A DNA stretch of 35,520 nucleotides from the IMG/VR virus record IMGVR_UViG_2724679293_000011, one strand, 5' to 3'. Positions within the stretch are counted from its first letter, which is position 1; each line of letters starts with the position of its first letter. The stretch comes from a virus (taxonomy: Duplodnaviria > Heunggongvirae > Uroviricota > Caudoviricetes). Positions 1 to 8,861 of the stretch are shown piece by piece. The notes beneath the pieces were generated by a model. That model saw nothing but the letters and a program-made list of their open reading frames with translations. It was not told the DNA's origin and did no database searches. The position numbers and the translations under genes are program-made.

Positions 1-2321
1 CCAGACGGAACGGTATCTGATGGCCACGGGATTGGTGCGCCAGGCGGATAAAACTGCTCTGATGGCGTATAGAGTGAATAAACTGTACCGTCCGTTAACC
101 CTTCCGGCTTATTAGCAGAATATGCTGGTGACGTATGAATAGTCACGCTGGCATTACTGGTATAATCCCATTGAATATTTACACCAGTCGCATAATTTCC
201 GATTGCAACGTAAATATCGTAAGTATCACCAGATGTATTGACCCAGGCAAAATTTGTAAACCCTGTCGATGTGCGCTGCCATAAAGCACCAGTAATCCCC
301 TTCGGATTACCATTACCTGCACGCAAAACAAGTTCAGATATACCTGCCTGTTGAGGTGACCCCACGTTAAATCCCGCGCCACCAATCAACGTAATTGAAA
401 CAACAGAACTCGCCTGTGGCATGGTTACCGTTGCTAATTTGAACCAACCAGCACCACCGCTGAATGACATTGTTGTTGAGTTAAGCGTACCAATATCTTT
501 CGGCGTCAGTGTTATATCCGCTGAAAGCGCCTTACCATTCACCTTACGGGCAGAAGGTACCCGACCATTCGCATTATCATTAGCTGCTTTCACTGCTTTC
601 GGTGTCGCGGCAAGCGTTTCAGATGCGCTGTTGGTTGCACTACTGAGCTGGACAATTCCTTTTTGTGCTGTCGTAGCGTCCTGAGCGGTATATTTCCCGT
701 TAGCAAGGTCATAGGCTGCCTTTACCGACTTTGGCGTTGCCGCCAGCATTTCAGATGTGCTGTTGGTCGCGCTGCTGAGCTGAACTATCCCTTTCTGTGC
801 TGTCGTTGCATCCTGTGCGGTGTATTTCCCGTTAGCCAGGTCATACGCGGCCTTAACGGCTTTTGGCGTTGCCGCCAGTGACTCGGAAGTGCTGTTAGTC
901 GCACTGCTTAGCTGGACTATCCCCTTTTTCGTCGTGCTCGCATCCTCAAGCGCCACGGCGGATGCAATATCCTCTGCCCGTTTAGCTGCTGTCTCGGCGC
1001 GCGTTGCCGCGGATTCCGCCGTACTTTTGCTCTGAGCTGCCGCCGTCGCACTGCCAGCTGCCTCTGTCGCCTTCGTGGATGCCGTCGTGGCGCTGCTCTT
1101 CGCTGCTGACGCCTGTCTGGTCGCCTCATCTTTTGAAGCAGACGCCGATGATGCCGATGACGCCGCCGAACTGGCTGACGATGCGGCAGCCGTTTTTGAG
1201 GATTCTGCGCTGGTTTCCGACGCTTTCGCGTTCGTTTCGGATGTCTTCGCTGCGGATGCAGACCTCGCTGCTGCGCTGGCCTGTTCCGCGGCTTCGCCAG
1301 CCTTCGTTGTGGCTGTTGAAGCGGACGATGCGGCGCTTTCTGCCGATTTTCCGGCGGCGCTAGCACTGGCTGAGGCCTGCCCCGCACTTGTTGACGCTGC
1401 ACTGGCAGACGACGCAGCCGCTGTTTTTGAGTCTGCTGCTGCGGAGGCACTCTGTTCCGCTGCCGTTTCAGAAGACTTAGCGTTCGTCTCGGACGTTTTT
1501 GCCGCCTTCGCGGAATTTCCTGCCGCCGTTGCCGAGGAAGCTGCGCTGCTGGCGCTCGAGGCTGCGTTCGTTTCTGATGATTTTGCCGCCTCTTTTGAAG
1601 CCGACGCATCCCGGGCTGAGGTGGCTGCTTCTGACGCTTTCGTGGTCGCGGTGGATGCAGAAGTGGCTGCTGATTGTTGTGACGCTGCCGCATTCGTTTC
1701 TGACGTTTTCGCCGCAGCGGCACTGGTGGCCGCCGCGCTTTTTGAGGACTCTGCAGCGGCAGCACTTTTTTCCGCTTCAGTGGCCTTTGCTGATGCCGTT
1801 CCTGCGCTGGAAGACGCTGACTGAGCCGACGACGCGGCCTGTCCGGCTGACGTGCTGGCTGCGCGTGCTGAGCCTGCAGCATCAGTCGCATGGGTTGCCG
1901 CCTCACGGGCTGATGTGCTGGCATCGCTGGCTGACTTCTTCGCGGCTGCCGTGTTCTGTGCCACCGCGGACGCGTTACGCGCCACCTCTTCCACCATCAG
2001 TTCAAAACGGCGCAGTGCCTCAGGACGGGCATCATCCTCCGTCATGGCACCGAGAAAATCATTCAGCGTACCGGGTCGGGAATCTTCATACACGGTGATG
2101 GTCCCGGCATGTGACGGCGGGAAGCCTTCCACCAACAGAATAACGCTGTACTGACCGTACTCAACGTCCATGCTGTAACGCCCGGCTTCATCCGGATTTT
2201 CTGAGGCCAGCGTGTTCACCACCACCGTGGTACTGTTACGTTTTGCTTTCAGCTGGATTGTGCAGTTCTGTACCGGTTTTCCTGTGCCGTCTTTCAGTAC
2301 ACCTGAAATCTTTACTGCCAT
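1..2321 (-). CDS. stf: Side tail fiber protein Stf, partial (N-terminal 773 codons; C-terminus lies beyond the window start)
   Basis: Minus-strand ATG at about 2321 translates to MAVKISGVLKDGTGKPVQNCTIQLKAKRNSTTVVVNTLASENPDEAGRYSMDVEYGQYSVILLVEGFPPSHAGTITVYEDS..., near-identical to the lambda Stf N-terminus as I recall it. The frame stays open at every point checked (2321-1800, about 900, 1-60) and reads ...GAPIPWPSDTVPSG at the window start. It is absent from the ORF track because no stop occurs inside the window. Confidence 0.85.
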   Translation of the reverse strand, partial: MAVKISGVLKDGTGKPVQNCTIQLKAKRNSTTVVVNTLASENPDEAGRYSMDVEYGQYSVILLVEGFPPSHAGTITVYEDSRPGTLNDFLGAMTEDDARPEALRRFELMVEEVARNASAVAQNTAAAKKSASDASTSAREAATHATDAAGSARAASTSAGQAASSAQSASSSAGTASAKATEAEKSAAAAESSKSAAATSAAAAKTSETNAAASQQSAATSASTATTKASEAATSARDASASKEAAKSSETNAASSASSAASSATAAGNSAKAAKTSETNAKSSETAAEQSASAAADSKTAAASSASAASTSAGQASASASAAGKSAESAASSASTATTKAGEAAEQASAAARSASAAKTSETNAKASETSAESSKTAAASSASSAASSASSASASKDEATRQASAAKSSATTASTKATEAAGSATAAAQSKSTAESAATRAETAAKRAEDIASAVALEDASTTKKGIVQLSSATNSTSESLAATPKAVKAAYDLANGKYTAQDATTAQKGIVQLSSATNSTSEMLAATPKSVKAAYDLANGKYTAQDATTAQKGIVQLSSATNSASETLAATPKAVKAANDNANGRVPSARKVNGKALSADITLTPKDIGTLNSTTMSFSGGAGWFKLATVTMPQASSVVSITLIGGAGFNVGSPQQAGISELVLRAGNGNPKGITGALWQRTSTGFTNFAWVNTSGDTYDIYVAIGNYATGVNIQWDYTSNASVTIHTSPAYSANKPEGLTDGTVYSLYTPSEQFYPPGAPIPWPSDTVPS
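565..960 (-). repeat. Three tandem copies of a ~132-bp unit inside stf, each encoding a ~44-aa phage tail-fiber repeat (GIVQLSSATNSTSE-LAATPKAVKAAYDLANG...)
   Basis: Direct DNA repeats seen at about 597-720, 721-850 and 851-960; minus-strand translation of one unit gives LEDASTTKKGIVQLSSATNSTSESLAATPKAVKAAYDLANG. The plus-strand ORFs 421..684, 663..881 and 820..1035 repeat the same peptide, which is the antisense shadow of this repeat. Confidence 0.75.
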
Positions 2322-2338
2322 ATTCACCCCACAAAAAA

Positions 2339-2358
2339 GCCCGCCTGAACCGGCGGGC
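2339..2358 (-). terminator. Rho-independent terminator candidate downstream of stf start region / upstream of lom stop
   Basis: Inverted repeat gcccgcc-tgaacc-ggcgggc; on the minus strand the hairpin is followed by TTTTTTGTGGGG. Confidence 0.45.
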
Positions 2359-2385
2359 TGTCATAACACTGTGTTACCTGGCTAA

Positions 2386-2985
2386 TCAGAATTTATAGCC
2401 GACACCCACGATGAAACCGTCAGTGCGCCAGTCGCCACTGCCGGAGCCTTCATAAGCAATATCAATGGCCACGGATTCGGTCGGGTTAAACTGCACGCCA
2501 GCTCCCCACGCCAGAGAGGTGTCGCTGTGGCGACCGTCATCACTTCCGGTCAGCACATCGTGCGTTTTCCCCTTGTTGTCAGTTACGCGAAGATAATCCC
2601 CGGAGAAAGTCGACACACGGCTGTAAGCCACACCCGCCATCGCATACGCGCTGAACCATTCATTCACGCGCACAGACGGCCCCGCCATTACGCTGAACCA
2701 GCGGTTACGCACGGAATCTTCATGCCAGCGGGTATCGCTGTAACGGGTCAGCTGGCGATTCTTGTCTCCTGCATAGCTGAATGACGTCACCAGCCCCAAC
2801 GTGTCCGTAAACTCATAACGGTATTTCACGTTAATCCCGTTCAGATCATCACTGCCGGGGACGTTCGTCGAGGCATGAAGATACCCCGCGCTCAGCGTGG
2901 ACTGATGTTCAGACGCCCATGCAGGCGCACCGGATACGGCCAGACAAATGGCTGCGGACAAAATTGCTGCACAAACTTTACGCAT
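2386..2985 (-). CDS. lom: Lom outer membrane protein (Ail/Lom family beta-barrel)
   Basis: 199-aa ORF with a signal peptide (MRKVCAAILSAAICLAVSGAPAWA), alternating beta-strand pattern and C-terminal ...GVGYKF; sits immediately downstream of J as in lambda. Confidence 0.9.
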   Translation of the reverse strand: MRKVCAAILSAAICLAVSGAPAWASEHQSTLSAGYLHASTNVPGSDDLNGINVKYRYEFTDTLGLVTSFSYAGDKNRQLTRYSDTRWHEDSVRNRWFSVMAGPSVRVNEWFSAYAMAGVAYSRVSTFSGDYLRVTDNKGKTHDVLTGSDDGRHSDTSLAWGAGVQFNPTESVAIDIAYEGSGSGDWRTDGFIVGVGYKF

Positions 2986-3010
2986 AATTACCTCTCGCTT
3001 TTCTGCAATA

Positions 3011-3038
3011 AAAAAGGCGTCATTCCTGACGCCCTTTA
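3011..3038 (-). terminator. Rho-independent terminator candidate between J and lom
   Basis: Hairpin ggcgtca-ttcc-tgacgcc flanked by an A5 run on the plus strand, i.e. hairpin plus TTTTTTATT on the minus strand. Confidence 0.45.
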
Positions 3039-3055
3039 TTGGGGTTATAAATATT

Positions 3056-6000
3056 TCAACGAATACTGATGCCGGAAGCAGCTTTTTTGGTCACAATCAC
3101 CGTACAGTCGGTGATATTGCCTGCCCCCTGATTGCCTTTCTGGAAAATCTTAAACTCCAGAGTGACGCTACCACCACCACTAGGCATATCAATAACTGCA
3201 CTGTAACTACCGGGAATGGCCCCTTTAGTTTCTCTGGATGCGATTAATACGCCGTTTTTGCGAACTTCAAAACCATAACCCGTGTATCGCGTGCCTCCTG
3301 GGTTATTTCCGCTCCCCGGATCGTCATACGCTATACCGTTAAAAATAATGGGCGGAATAATAATCTGGCGGTCAAAGTTATGATCATCGCTGATGGTGAC
3401 TGTAACCGTACCGTCTGGTGTTTCCGTGTTACCCCACGTACCGACTTTTTTCGGGAAGGCTTTTGATACAGCTTTAACGAAATCCCCTCTGACCTGGGTC
3501 GCCTCCAGCATGCCCTTAATCGTACAGTTCTGGTTAATCGTGACATTGTTGAGCGTTCCTGAGTTCGCATTCACACTGCCACTGATATCCGCATTTTTAG
3601 CGGTCAGCTTTCCGTCTGATGTCAGGGAAAATACCGGAGGACTGCCACCACTGGTAATGGTGGGGGCCGTCAGGCGCTTCAGGAACACGTCGTTCATGAA
3701 TATCTGATTGCCCTGCGCCACAAACATCGGCGTTTCATTCCCGTTTGCCGGGTCAATAAACGCGATACGGTTAGCGGCAACCAGAAACTGGCTCAGCTTG
3801 CCTTCCTCCGTGTCCTCCATGCTGAGGCCAATACCCGCGACATAATGTTTGCCGTCTTTGGTCTGCTCAATTTTGACGCCCCACATGGCATTCCATTTAT
3901 CGTTAGCGTCCTTCCACTCTTTCGAAAACTCATCCAGTCTGCTGGCGTTATCCTCCGTCAGATCAACTTTTTCCAGCAGCTCCTTGCCGAGATGGGATTC
4001 GGTTATCTTGCCTTTGAAAAAATCCAGGTAACCTTCCGCATCATCGCTCGCCCGACCGACGGCCTCCACGAATGCCGATTTGCCAACGGTGTTCACACTG
4101 CGGATATAAAAGTAATAATCATGGCCCGGTTTGATATTGATACTGGCGGCTATCCAGTACAGCCCCGTGCCAAGGTAGCGGGCTGTGGTTTCAACCTGCC
4201 TGATATCGGTAATCCGCGTTTCCGAGAACCAGAACTCAAACTGTACCGTCGGATCATAAACCGCAAGATGCGGCGTGGCAGTTATCTGAAAATAGCCCGG
4301 CGTCAGCTCAATCCGCGACGGCGCTGCCGGGGCGGCAATCCGGAACGATACCGACGCCGGATCGCCCTGCTGTCCCCGGGCATTTACTGCCCGGACCGTC
4401 AGCGTGTAACGCCCCAGCGCCAGCTGCCTGAAGCGGTAAGTGGTTTCCGTCGTCCGGGCCGTGCTGACCAGCCGCTCACTGCCGTCATCGGCGGCCACGG
4501 TCAGGCGAAGCATAAAGCTCACACCCTTCACTACCTTCGGCGTGTCCCAGCGCGCCAGCACCTGATACTCCCCACTGTCTGCGGTGACTTCGGCGGTCAG
4601 GTGCTGCACCGCTGGCGGCGTGACACCATTCACCGTGCCGCTCTGGTCGCCGTCAAAGTGCGCTCCGTTATCCACGATGGCCTCTTTTTCCGGCACATGC
4701 TGCACGGCAGTGATGGCATACATGCCGTCGTCGTTCTCACGGATACTCACACAGCGGAACAGGCGCTGGCGCAGCGTCGGCAGCTTCAGCCCCCACACGC
4801 TGTATCCGGCAACGCCGTCAGGAACACGGCTCACTTTCACCTTCACGCCGTCGGTGACGGACTGAACCTCCACGCTGACCGGATTGCCACTTCCGTCAAC
4901 CAGGCTTATCAGCGTGGTACCGGAGGATGGCAGCGTGATTTCACGGTCGAGCGTCAGCGTCCGGGTCTGGCTGTTCACCGCCAGCACACGCCCGCCGGTG
5001 CTGATCCCCGCATAGTCATCATCACAGATTTCAATGACATCGCCCGGTACATGGCGAAGCCCTTCTGCGCCCACGCTGAAGTCCACGGTCTGCGTCTCCA
5101 GCAGCTCCGTTTTAATCAGCCACAGCCCGGCGCGGTGTGCCTGCCCCCGACTGGTACAGCCAAAGGCATCCATCTTCGTGACGTTACGACCGTAACGGAC
5201 AATGGCCTGCGTATCCTCCACAAGCTCTGTCGCCGTCTCCCAGCCGTTATTCGGGTCAATCCAGTTCACCTCAACGGCATTATGACGGTCCTTCAGGGCG
5301 CTGAAGCTGTAGCGGAACGGCGCGCCATCATCCGGCATCACCACATTACTGCGGTTATAGGTCCACACCTTATCCGATGGCCGGTCCTGCACGAACGTCA
5401 GCGTCTGCCCGTTCCATACCGGCATACAGCGCATCGCCGAGCAGAAATCACTGAGCACATCCCACGCCTTGCGCTGCGTGGTCAGGTACGCATTACAGGT
5501 GATACGCGGTTCCGTGCCACCAAAGCCATCCGGCACCGACTGGTCGCAATTCTGGCCGATGACATACAGCGCCCATTTATCCACATCCGCCGCACCAAGA
5601 CGTTTCCCCATGCCGTAGCGCGGATGGGTCAGCATATCCCACAGACACCAGGCCATGTTGTTGCTGTATGCCGGTTTTAACGTTCCGTCCCAGATACCGC
5701 TGTATTGTCGCGTCTGCGGGTTATAGTTCGACGGCACCTGCAGAATGCGCCCGCGAAGATGATAATTACGGCTCACCTGCTGGCTGCCGAACTGCTCCGA
5801 ATCCACCTGTACGCCGACCAGTGCCGTGTTCGGGTAGCACTGTTTCACATCGATGATTTCGGTGTATGACGACCAGAGCGTTTTGTTCTGCAGCTGGTCT
5901 GTGGTGCTGTCCGGCGTCATTCTGCGCATCCGGATATTAAACGGGCGCGGCGGCAGGTTATCCACCACCACCGAGGCCAGATACTGCGAGGTGGTTTTGC

Positions 6001-6469
6001 CCTTAATGGTGATGTCTTTTTCCGTCACCCAGCCACCATTACGCTGTATCTGAACCAACAGACGGACTTCCGACGGATTCCTGTCACCCTTTGAGGTGGT
6101 TTCCACCAGTGCCTGTACACCGAAGGTAAAGCGCAGACGGTCGATGTTTGCCGACGTAATGGTGCGGGTGATCGGCGTGTCATATTTCACTTCCGTACCC
6201 AGCACCGTCTCGGAGCCGGAGGATTCAAACCCCTCCGGCGGAGTCTGCTCCTGCTCACCTGCCCGGAACACCACCGTGACGCCGGAGATATTGGTATTCC
6301 CCTCACTGTCCAGCACCGGCGTACTGTTCAGCAGCACGCTTTTTAATCCATCCACCGGACCTTCAACCGGCCCTTCGCTGATGGCATCGATCACACTCAG
6401 CAACTGCGTGGACTTCAGGTTGTCCTTCGCTTCGCGCGGAGTATGCCCCTTACTGCTGCCTTTACCCAT
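3056..6469 (-). CDS. J: Tail tip / host specificity protein J (central tail fiber)
   Basis: 1137-aa ORF; N-terminus [34 protein letters not shown]... and most of the length match lambda J as recalled. The C-terminal ~150 aa differ (see findings). Confidence 0.95.
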   Translation of the reverse strand: MGKGSSKGHTPREAKDNLKSTQLLSVIDAISEGPVEGPVDGLKSVLLNSTPVLDSEGNTNISGVTVVFRAGEQEQTPPEGFESSGSETVLGTEVKYDTPITRTITSANIDRLRFTFGVQALVETTSKGDRNPSEVRLLVQIQRNGGWVTEKDITIKGKTTSQYLASVVVDNLPPRPFNIRMRRMTPDSTTDQLQNKTLWSSYTEIIDVKQCYPNTALVGVQVDSEQFGSQQVSRNYHLRGRILQVPSNYNPQTRQYSGIWDGTLKPAYSNNMAWCLWDMLTHPRYGMGKRLGAADVDKWALYVIGQNCDQSVPDGFGGTEPRITCNAYLTTQRKAWDVLSDFCSAMRCMPVWNGQTLTFVQDRPSDKVWTYNRSNVVMPDDGAPFRYSFSALKDRHNAVEVNWIDPNNGWETATELVEDTQAIVRYGRNVTKMDAFGCTSRGQAHRAGLWLIKTELLETQTVDFSVGAEGLRHVPGDVIEICDDDYAGISTGGRVLAVNSQTRTLTLDREITLPSSGTTLISLVDGSGNPVSVEVQSVTDGVKVKVSRVPDGVAGYSVWGLKLPTLRQRLFRCVSIRENDDGMYAITAVQHVPEKEAIVDNGAHFDGDQSGTVNGVTPPAVQHLTAEVTADSGEYQVLARWDTPKVVKGVSFMLRLTVAADDGSERLVSTARTTETTYRFRQLALGRYTLTVRAVNARGQQGDPASVSFRIAAPAAPSRIELTPGYFQITATPHLAVYDPTVQFEFWFSETRITDIRQVETTARYLGTGLYWIAASINIKPGHDYYFYIRSVNTVGKSAFVEAVGRASDDAEGYLDFFKGKITESHLGKELLEKVDLTEDNASRLDEFSKEWKDANDKWNAMWGVKIEQTKDGKHYVAGIGLSMEDTEEGKLSQFLVAANRIAFIDPANGNETPMFVAQGNQIFMNDVFLKRLTAPTITSGGSPPVFSLTSDGKLTAKNADISGSVNANSGTLNNVTINQNCTIKGMLEATQVRGDFVKAVSKAFPKKVGTWGNTETPDGTVTVTISDDHNFDRQIIIPPIIFNGIAYDDPGSGNNPGGTRYTGYGFEVRKNGVLIASRETKGAIPGSYSAVIDMPSGGGSVTLEFKIFQKGNQGAGNITDCTVIVTKKAASGISIR

Positions 6470-6492
6470 TCCTCACGCTCCATAAACGACAA

Positions 6493-6510
6493 AACCGCCC
6501 GGAGGCGGTT
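6493..6510 (-). promoter_or_regulatory. Stem-loop in the I-J intergenic spacer (possible attenuator or RNA stability element)
   Basis: aaccgcc-cgga-ggcggtt inverted repeat between the I stop (6530) and the J start (6469), followed on the minus strand by TTTTG and the J ribosome-binding site. Confidence 0.25.
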
Positions 6511-6529
6511 TCACATAAAACGTTTTTCA

Positions 6530-7177
6530 TCAGCGACCAATCACCACAACCTGACCACCATCCCCTTCGTCTGCCGTGCTGATCTCCTGAGAGACCACCC
6601 GCGACCCCACGCGCATTTCACCGTACAGAACGGGCAGAACATTGCCCTGGGCAACCATGTTATCCAGTGAGGAGAAATAGGTGTTCTGTTTGCCGTTATC
6701 TGTACTTGCTGCCGTGGGCGTCCTGGCTTTCGGTGCCAGCATCTGCGCCACTCCGCCCAGGATCATACTGGCCCCTGCCGCATACATGCCCGATACAGCC
6801 GCGGCACCCAGCCAGCCCACAGGGTTCCACCATGCCACCGCAATCAGCGCCGACCCCAGCACCACCTGAAACACACCGCCACTTTTAGCTCCCGCCAGAC
6901 GCGGCACGATGTGGATCACGGCACCATTTGCCAGCGGCTCATTAAGACGGGCAGACAATTCGGTTTCACCTGCATCACGCCCGGCAATGCGTACCTGGTA
7001 CCAGCCGTCGCTCAGTTTCTGACGAAACGCCGGGATCTGCATGGCCAGCGCCCGGATGGCTTCGGACCCCGTTTTCACTCGAAGGTCGATGCGGCGGCCA
7101 AATCGTTGTAAATCCCCGTAAAGGCAGATGCGTGCCATGCCCGGTGACGCCAGAGGGAGTGTGTGCGTCGCTGCCAT
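6530..7177 (-). CDS. I: Tail assembly protein I
   Basis: 215 aa; N-terminus MAATHTLPLASPGMARICLYGDLQRFGRRIDLRVKTG matches lambda gpI as recalled; C-terminus ...ISTADEGDGGQVVVIGR. Confidence 0.9.
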   Translation of the reverse strand: MAATHTLPLASPGMARICLYGDLQRFGRRIDLRVKTGSEAIRALAMQIPAFRQKLSDGWYQVRIAGRDAGETELSARLNEPLANGAVIHIVPRLAGAKSGGVFQVVLGSALIAVAWWNPVGWLGAAAVSGMYAAGASMILGGVAQMLAPKARTPTAASTDNGKQNTYFSSLDNMVAQGNVLPVLYGEMRVGSRVVSQEISTADEGDGGQVVVIGR

Positions 7178-7827
7178 TTGTCGGTGTACCTCTCTCGTTT
7201 GCTCAGTTGTTCAGGAATATGGTGCAGCAGCTCGCTGTCACCACAGTAAATGGCGGCATGATTCGGCACCGATGAACCAAAACAGCACAGCAGCACATCG
7301 CCCGGCTGCGCCGCTGACAACGGCACCTGATACAGCCCTGTGGCCTCCAGATTATCCAGATAGAGATTCTGACCGTGACGCCACCAGTCATCCTCGCGAT
7401 GAAAATCCGGCATCTCAATCCCCGCCAGATGGTAAGCATCCCGGAACAGCGTGTAACAGTCCGTCACCCCGTGCTCAAAGCGCCGCCCGGAAAGATGTGG
7501 CACACAGCGGAACTTGTGAATCGCCCCCCGGCAAACCAGCCACCACGGCAAATCACTCTGCACCTGCAGCCGCCGGTCGGTCTCACTCAGCCAGGGCAGA
7601 CCACCGGGGTGGCTGTGGACCAGCGCCACAATCTCACCCTGCATCTCTGCCCGCAGCCAGTCCTCCGGCGACATCCGGAAATACTCCTCCGGCTCACCGG
7701 AGATATTCACGCAGGGAAAATATCTTTCCCCCTCCGGTGTTCTCACCACGAAGCCGCACGACTCCGCTGGCGCACATCGCCGGGCGTGCGCCAGAATCGC
7801 TGATTCTGTCTCTGTCATGGGATTCAC
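7075..7827 (-). CDS. K: Tail assembly protein K (JAB/MPN plus NlpC/P60 domains)
   Basis: 250 aa; HSHPGG motif (JAB metalloprotease-like) and a Cys/His pair typical of NlpC/P60; start overlaps the L stop (ATGA). Confidence 0.85.
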   Translation of the reverse strand: MNPMTETESAILAHARRCAPAESCGFVVRTPEGERYFPCVNISGEPEEYFRMSPEDWLRAEMQGEIVALVHSHPGGLPWLSETDRRLQVQSDLPWWLVCRGAIHKFRCVPHLSGRRFEHGVTDCYTLFRDAYHLAGIEMPDFHREDDWWRHGQNLYLDNLEATGLYQVPLSAAQPGDVLLCCFGSSVPNHAAIYCGDSELLHHIPEQLSKRERYTDKWQRRTHSLWRHRAWHASAFTGIYNDLAAASTFE

Positions 7828-8522
7828 TGCGAAAGTTTGTTAATGGAAAGGAAGCCGCCAAAGTTGCCGACGTTATTGCGAAACTTACAGCCGCTCAGGC
7901 ATTTGCTGCATTTATCCTTCGTGATATCGGAGGTCGGCTGGTCATATTCATCCGCGACCGCCGGACCGTGATAACCGCACTCATCACCGCGATAGGTCCA
8001 GGTGCAGGTATTAGCCAGCATGATGCGCCCCGGAAAAACAGCGCCGTCCGTTTCCGTCGGCGTGGACAGTACAAAAGAGGCACTCACCGCGCTCAGTTCG
8101 CTGCACTGCTCGATGCGCCAGCGGCTGATCACCTCCTGCTCCGGATCGGCGTCACTGTTTCCGTTGACGAAGTTCACCGCATCCAGAAAACGGGCGTAAA
8201 CCTTACGCCGGACCACCGTTCCTCCGACCAGACTCTGCAGGTCTTCCGCCATCCCGGTGACCATGCCGTGCAGGTTAGAAACCGTCAGTGTCGGACGGGC
8301 AGCACTGCCTTTGCCGTTCAGTTCAAATCCCGTCCCCTGAATGGGATACGCCTGATACTGTCGCCCCTGCCAGGTGACCGGCTCACCTTTATCGTTCTGC
8401 TCATTACAGAAAAAATAACGTTCTCCACCGACCACTGTCAGATCGATTTCCCAGAGCACCACCAGGGCTGACTGAGTGAGGCGTGTCGTCTCATGATGTG
8501 TTTCCTGTGGAATATCCTGCAT
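7824..8522 (-). CDS. L: Minor tail protein L
   Basis: 232 aa (same length as lambda gpL), conserved position between M and K, C-terminal Cys cluster. Confidence 0.85.
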   Translation of the reverse strand: MQDIPQETHHETTRLTQSALVVLWEIDLTVVGGERYFFCNEQNDKGEPVTWQGRQYQAYPIQGTGFELNGKGSAARPTLTVSNLHGMVTGMAEDLQSLVGGTVVRRKVYARFLDAVNFVNGNSDADPEQEVISRWRIEQCSELSAVSASFVLSTPTETDGAVFPGRIMLANTCTWTYRGDECGYHGPAVADEYDQPTSDITKDKCSKCLSGCKFRNNVGNFGGFLSINKLSQ

Positions 8523-8531
8523 CAGAGACTC

Positions 8532-8861
8532 CTATGCCACGACCTGTTCAAAATCTGCCGTTATGGTTACCCACAACGCCCCCACGCTTGCCGACCATTT
8601 ACGACAAACCACCCTGATCGGCTTCCAGTCATAAGGTGGCGTCCACTGAAATGCGCGGACGCCACCGTGCCGTTCCAGAAAGGCTTTTAAAGATGGGTGT
8701 TCACATTTACGAACACGTATCGTCACGCTGTAAATCGACAACTGGTTATTCAGTCCCGCCGCACGACGCTGTTCATAACCATCGCCCAGCTTCACTGTCA
8801 CCACTTTCGGCTCTGATACCACATTCATATCCGGGCGCACTTTCCAGTGAAATGTCTCCAT
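8532..8861 (-). CDS. M: Minor tail protein M
   Basis: 109 aa (same length as lambda gpM), immediately downstream of H. Confidence 0.85.
   Translation of the reverse strand: METFHWKVRPDMNVVSEPKVVTVKLGDGYEQRRAAGLNNQLSIYSVTIRVRKCEHPSLKAFLERHGGVRAFQWTPPYDWKPIRVVCRKWSASVGALWVTITADFEQVVA

Noticed and set aside
421-2154. Several plus-strand ORFs (87 to 249 aa, Ala-rich and repetitive) and a 335-aa Arg-rich minus-strand ORF (917..1924)
   Set aside because: They are antisense or out-of-frame shadows of the side tail fiber gene, whose minus-strand frame translates into a recognisable Stf sequence across the whole region. The repetitive and Arg/Ala-rich composition follows from the GC-rich tandem repeats.
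3845-5680. 611-aa plus-strand ORF inside J
   Set aside because: It is antisense to J, which is recognisable along its whole length. Long antisense ORFs are expected in GC-rich coding DNA, and it has no ribosome-binding site or homology. The same applies to 7128..8471 (+), 9515..10000 (+) and 15460..16041 (+).
7075-7177. 103-bp overlap between the K and I tail genes
   Set aside because: Both frames are well supported (I starts with a lambda-like N-terminus, K ends in the NlpC/P60 domain). Overlapping tail assembly genes are normal in lambdoid phages, so this is not a sign of misannotation or a novel element.
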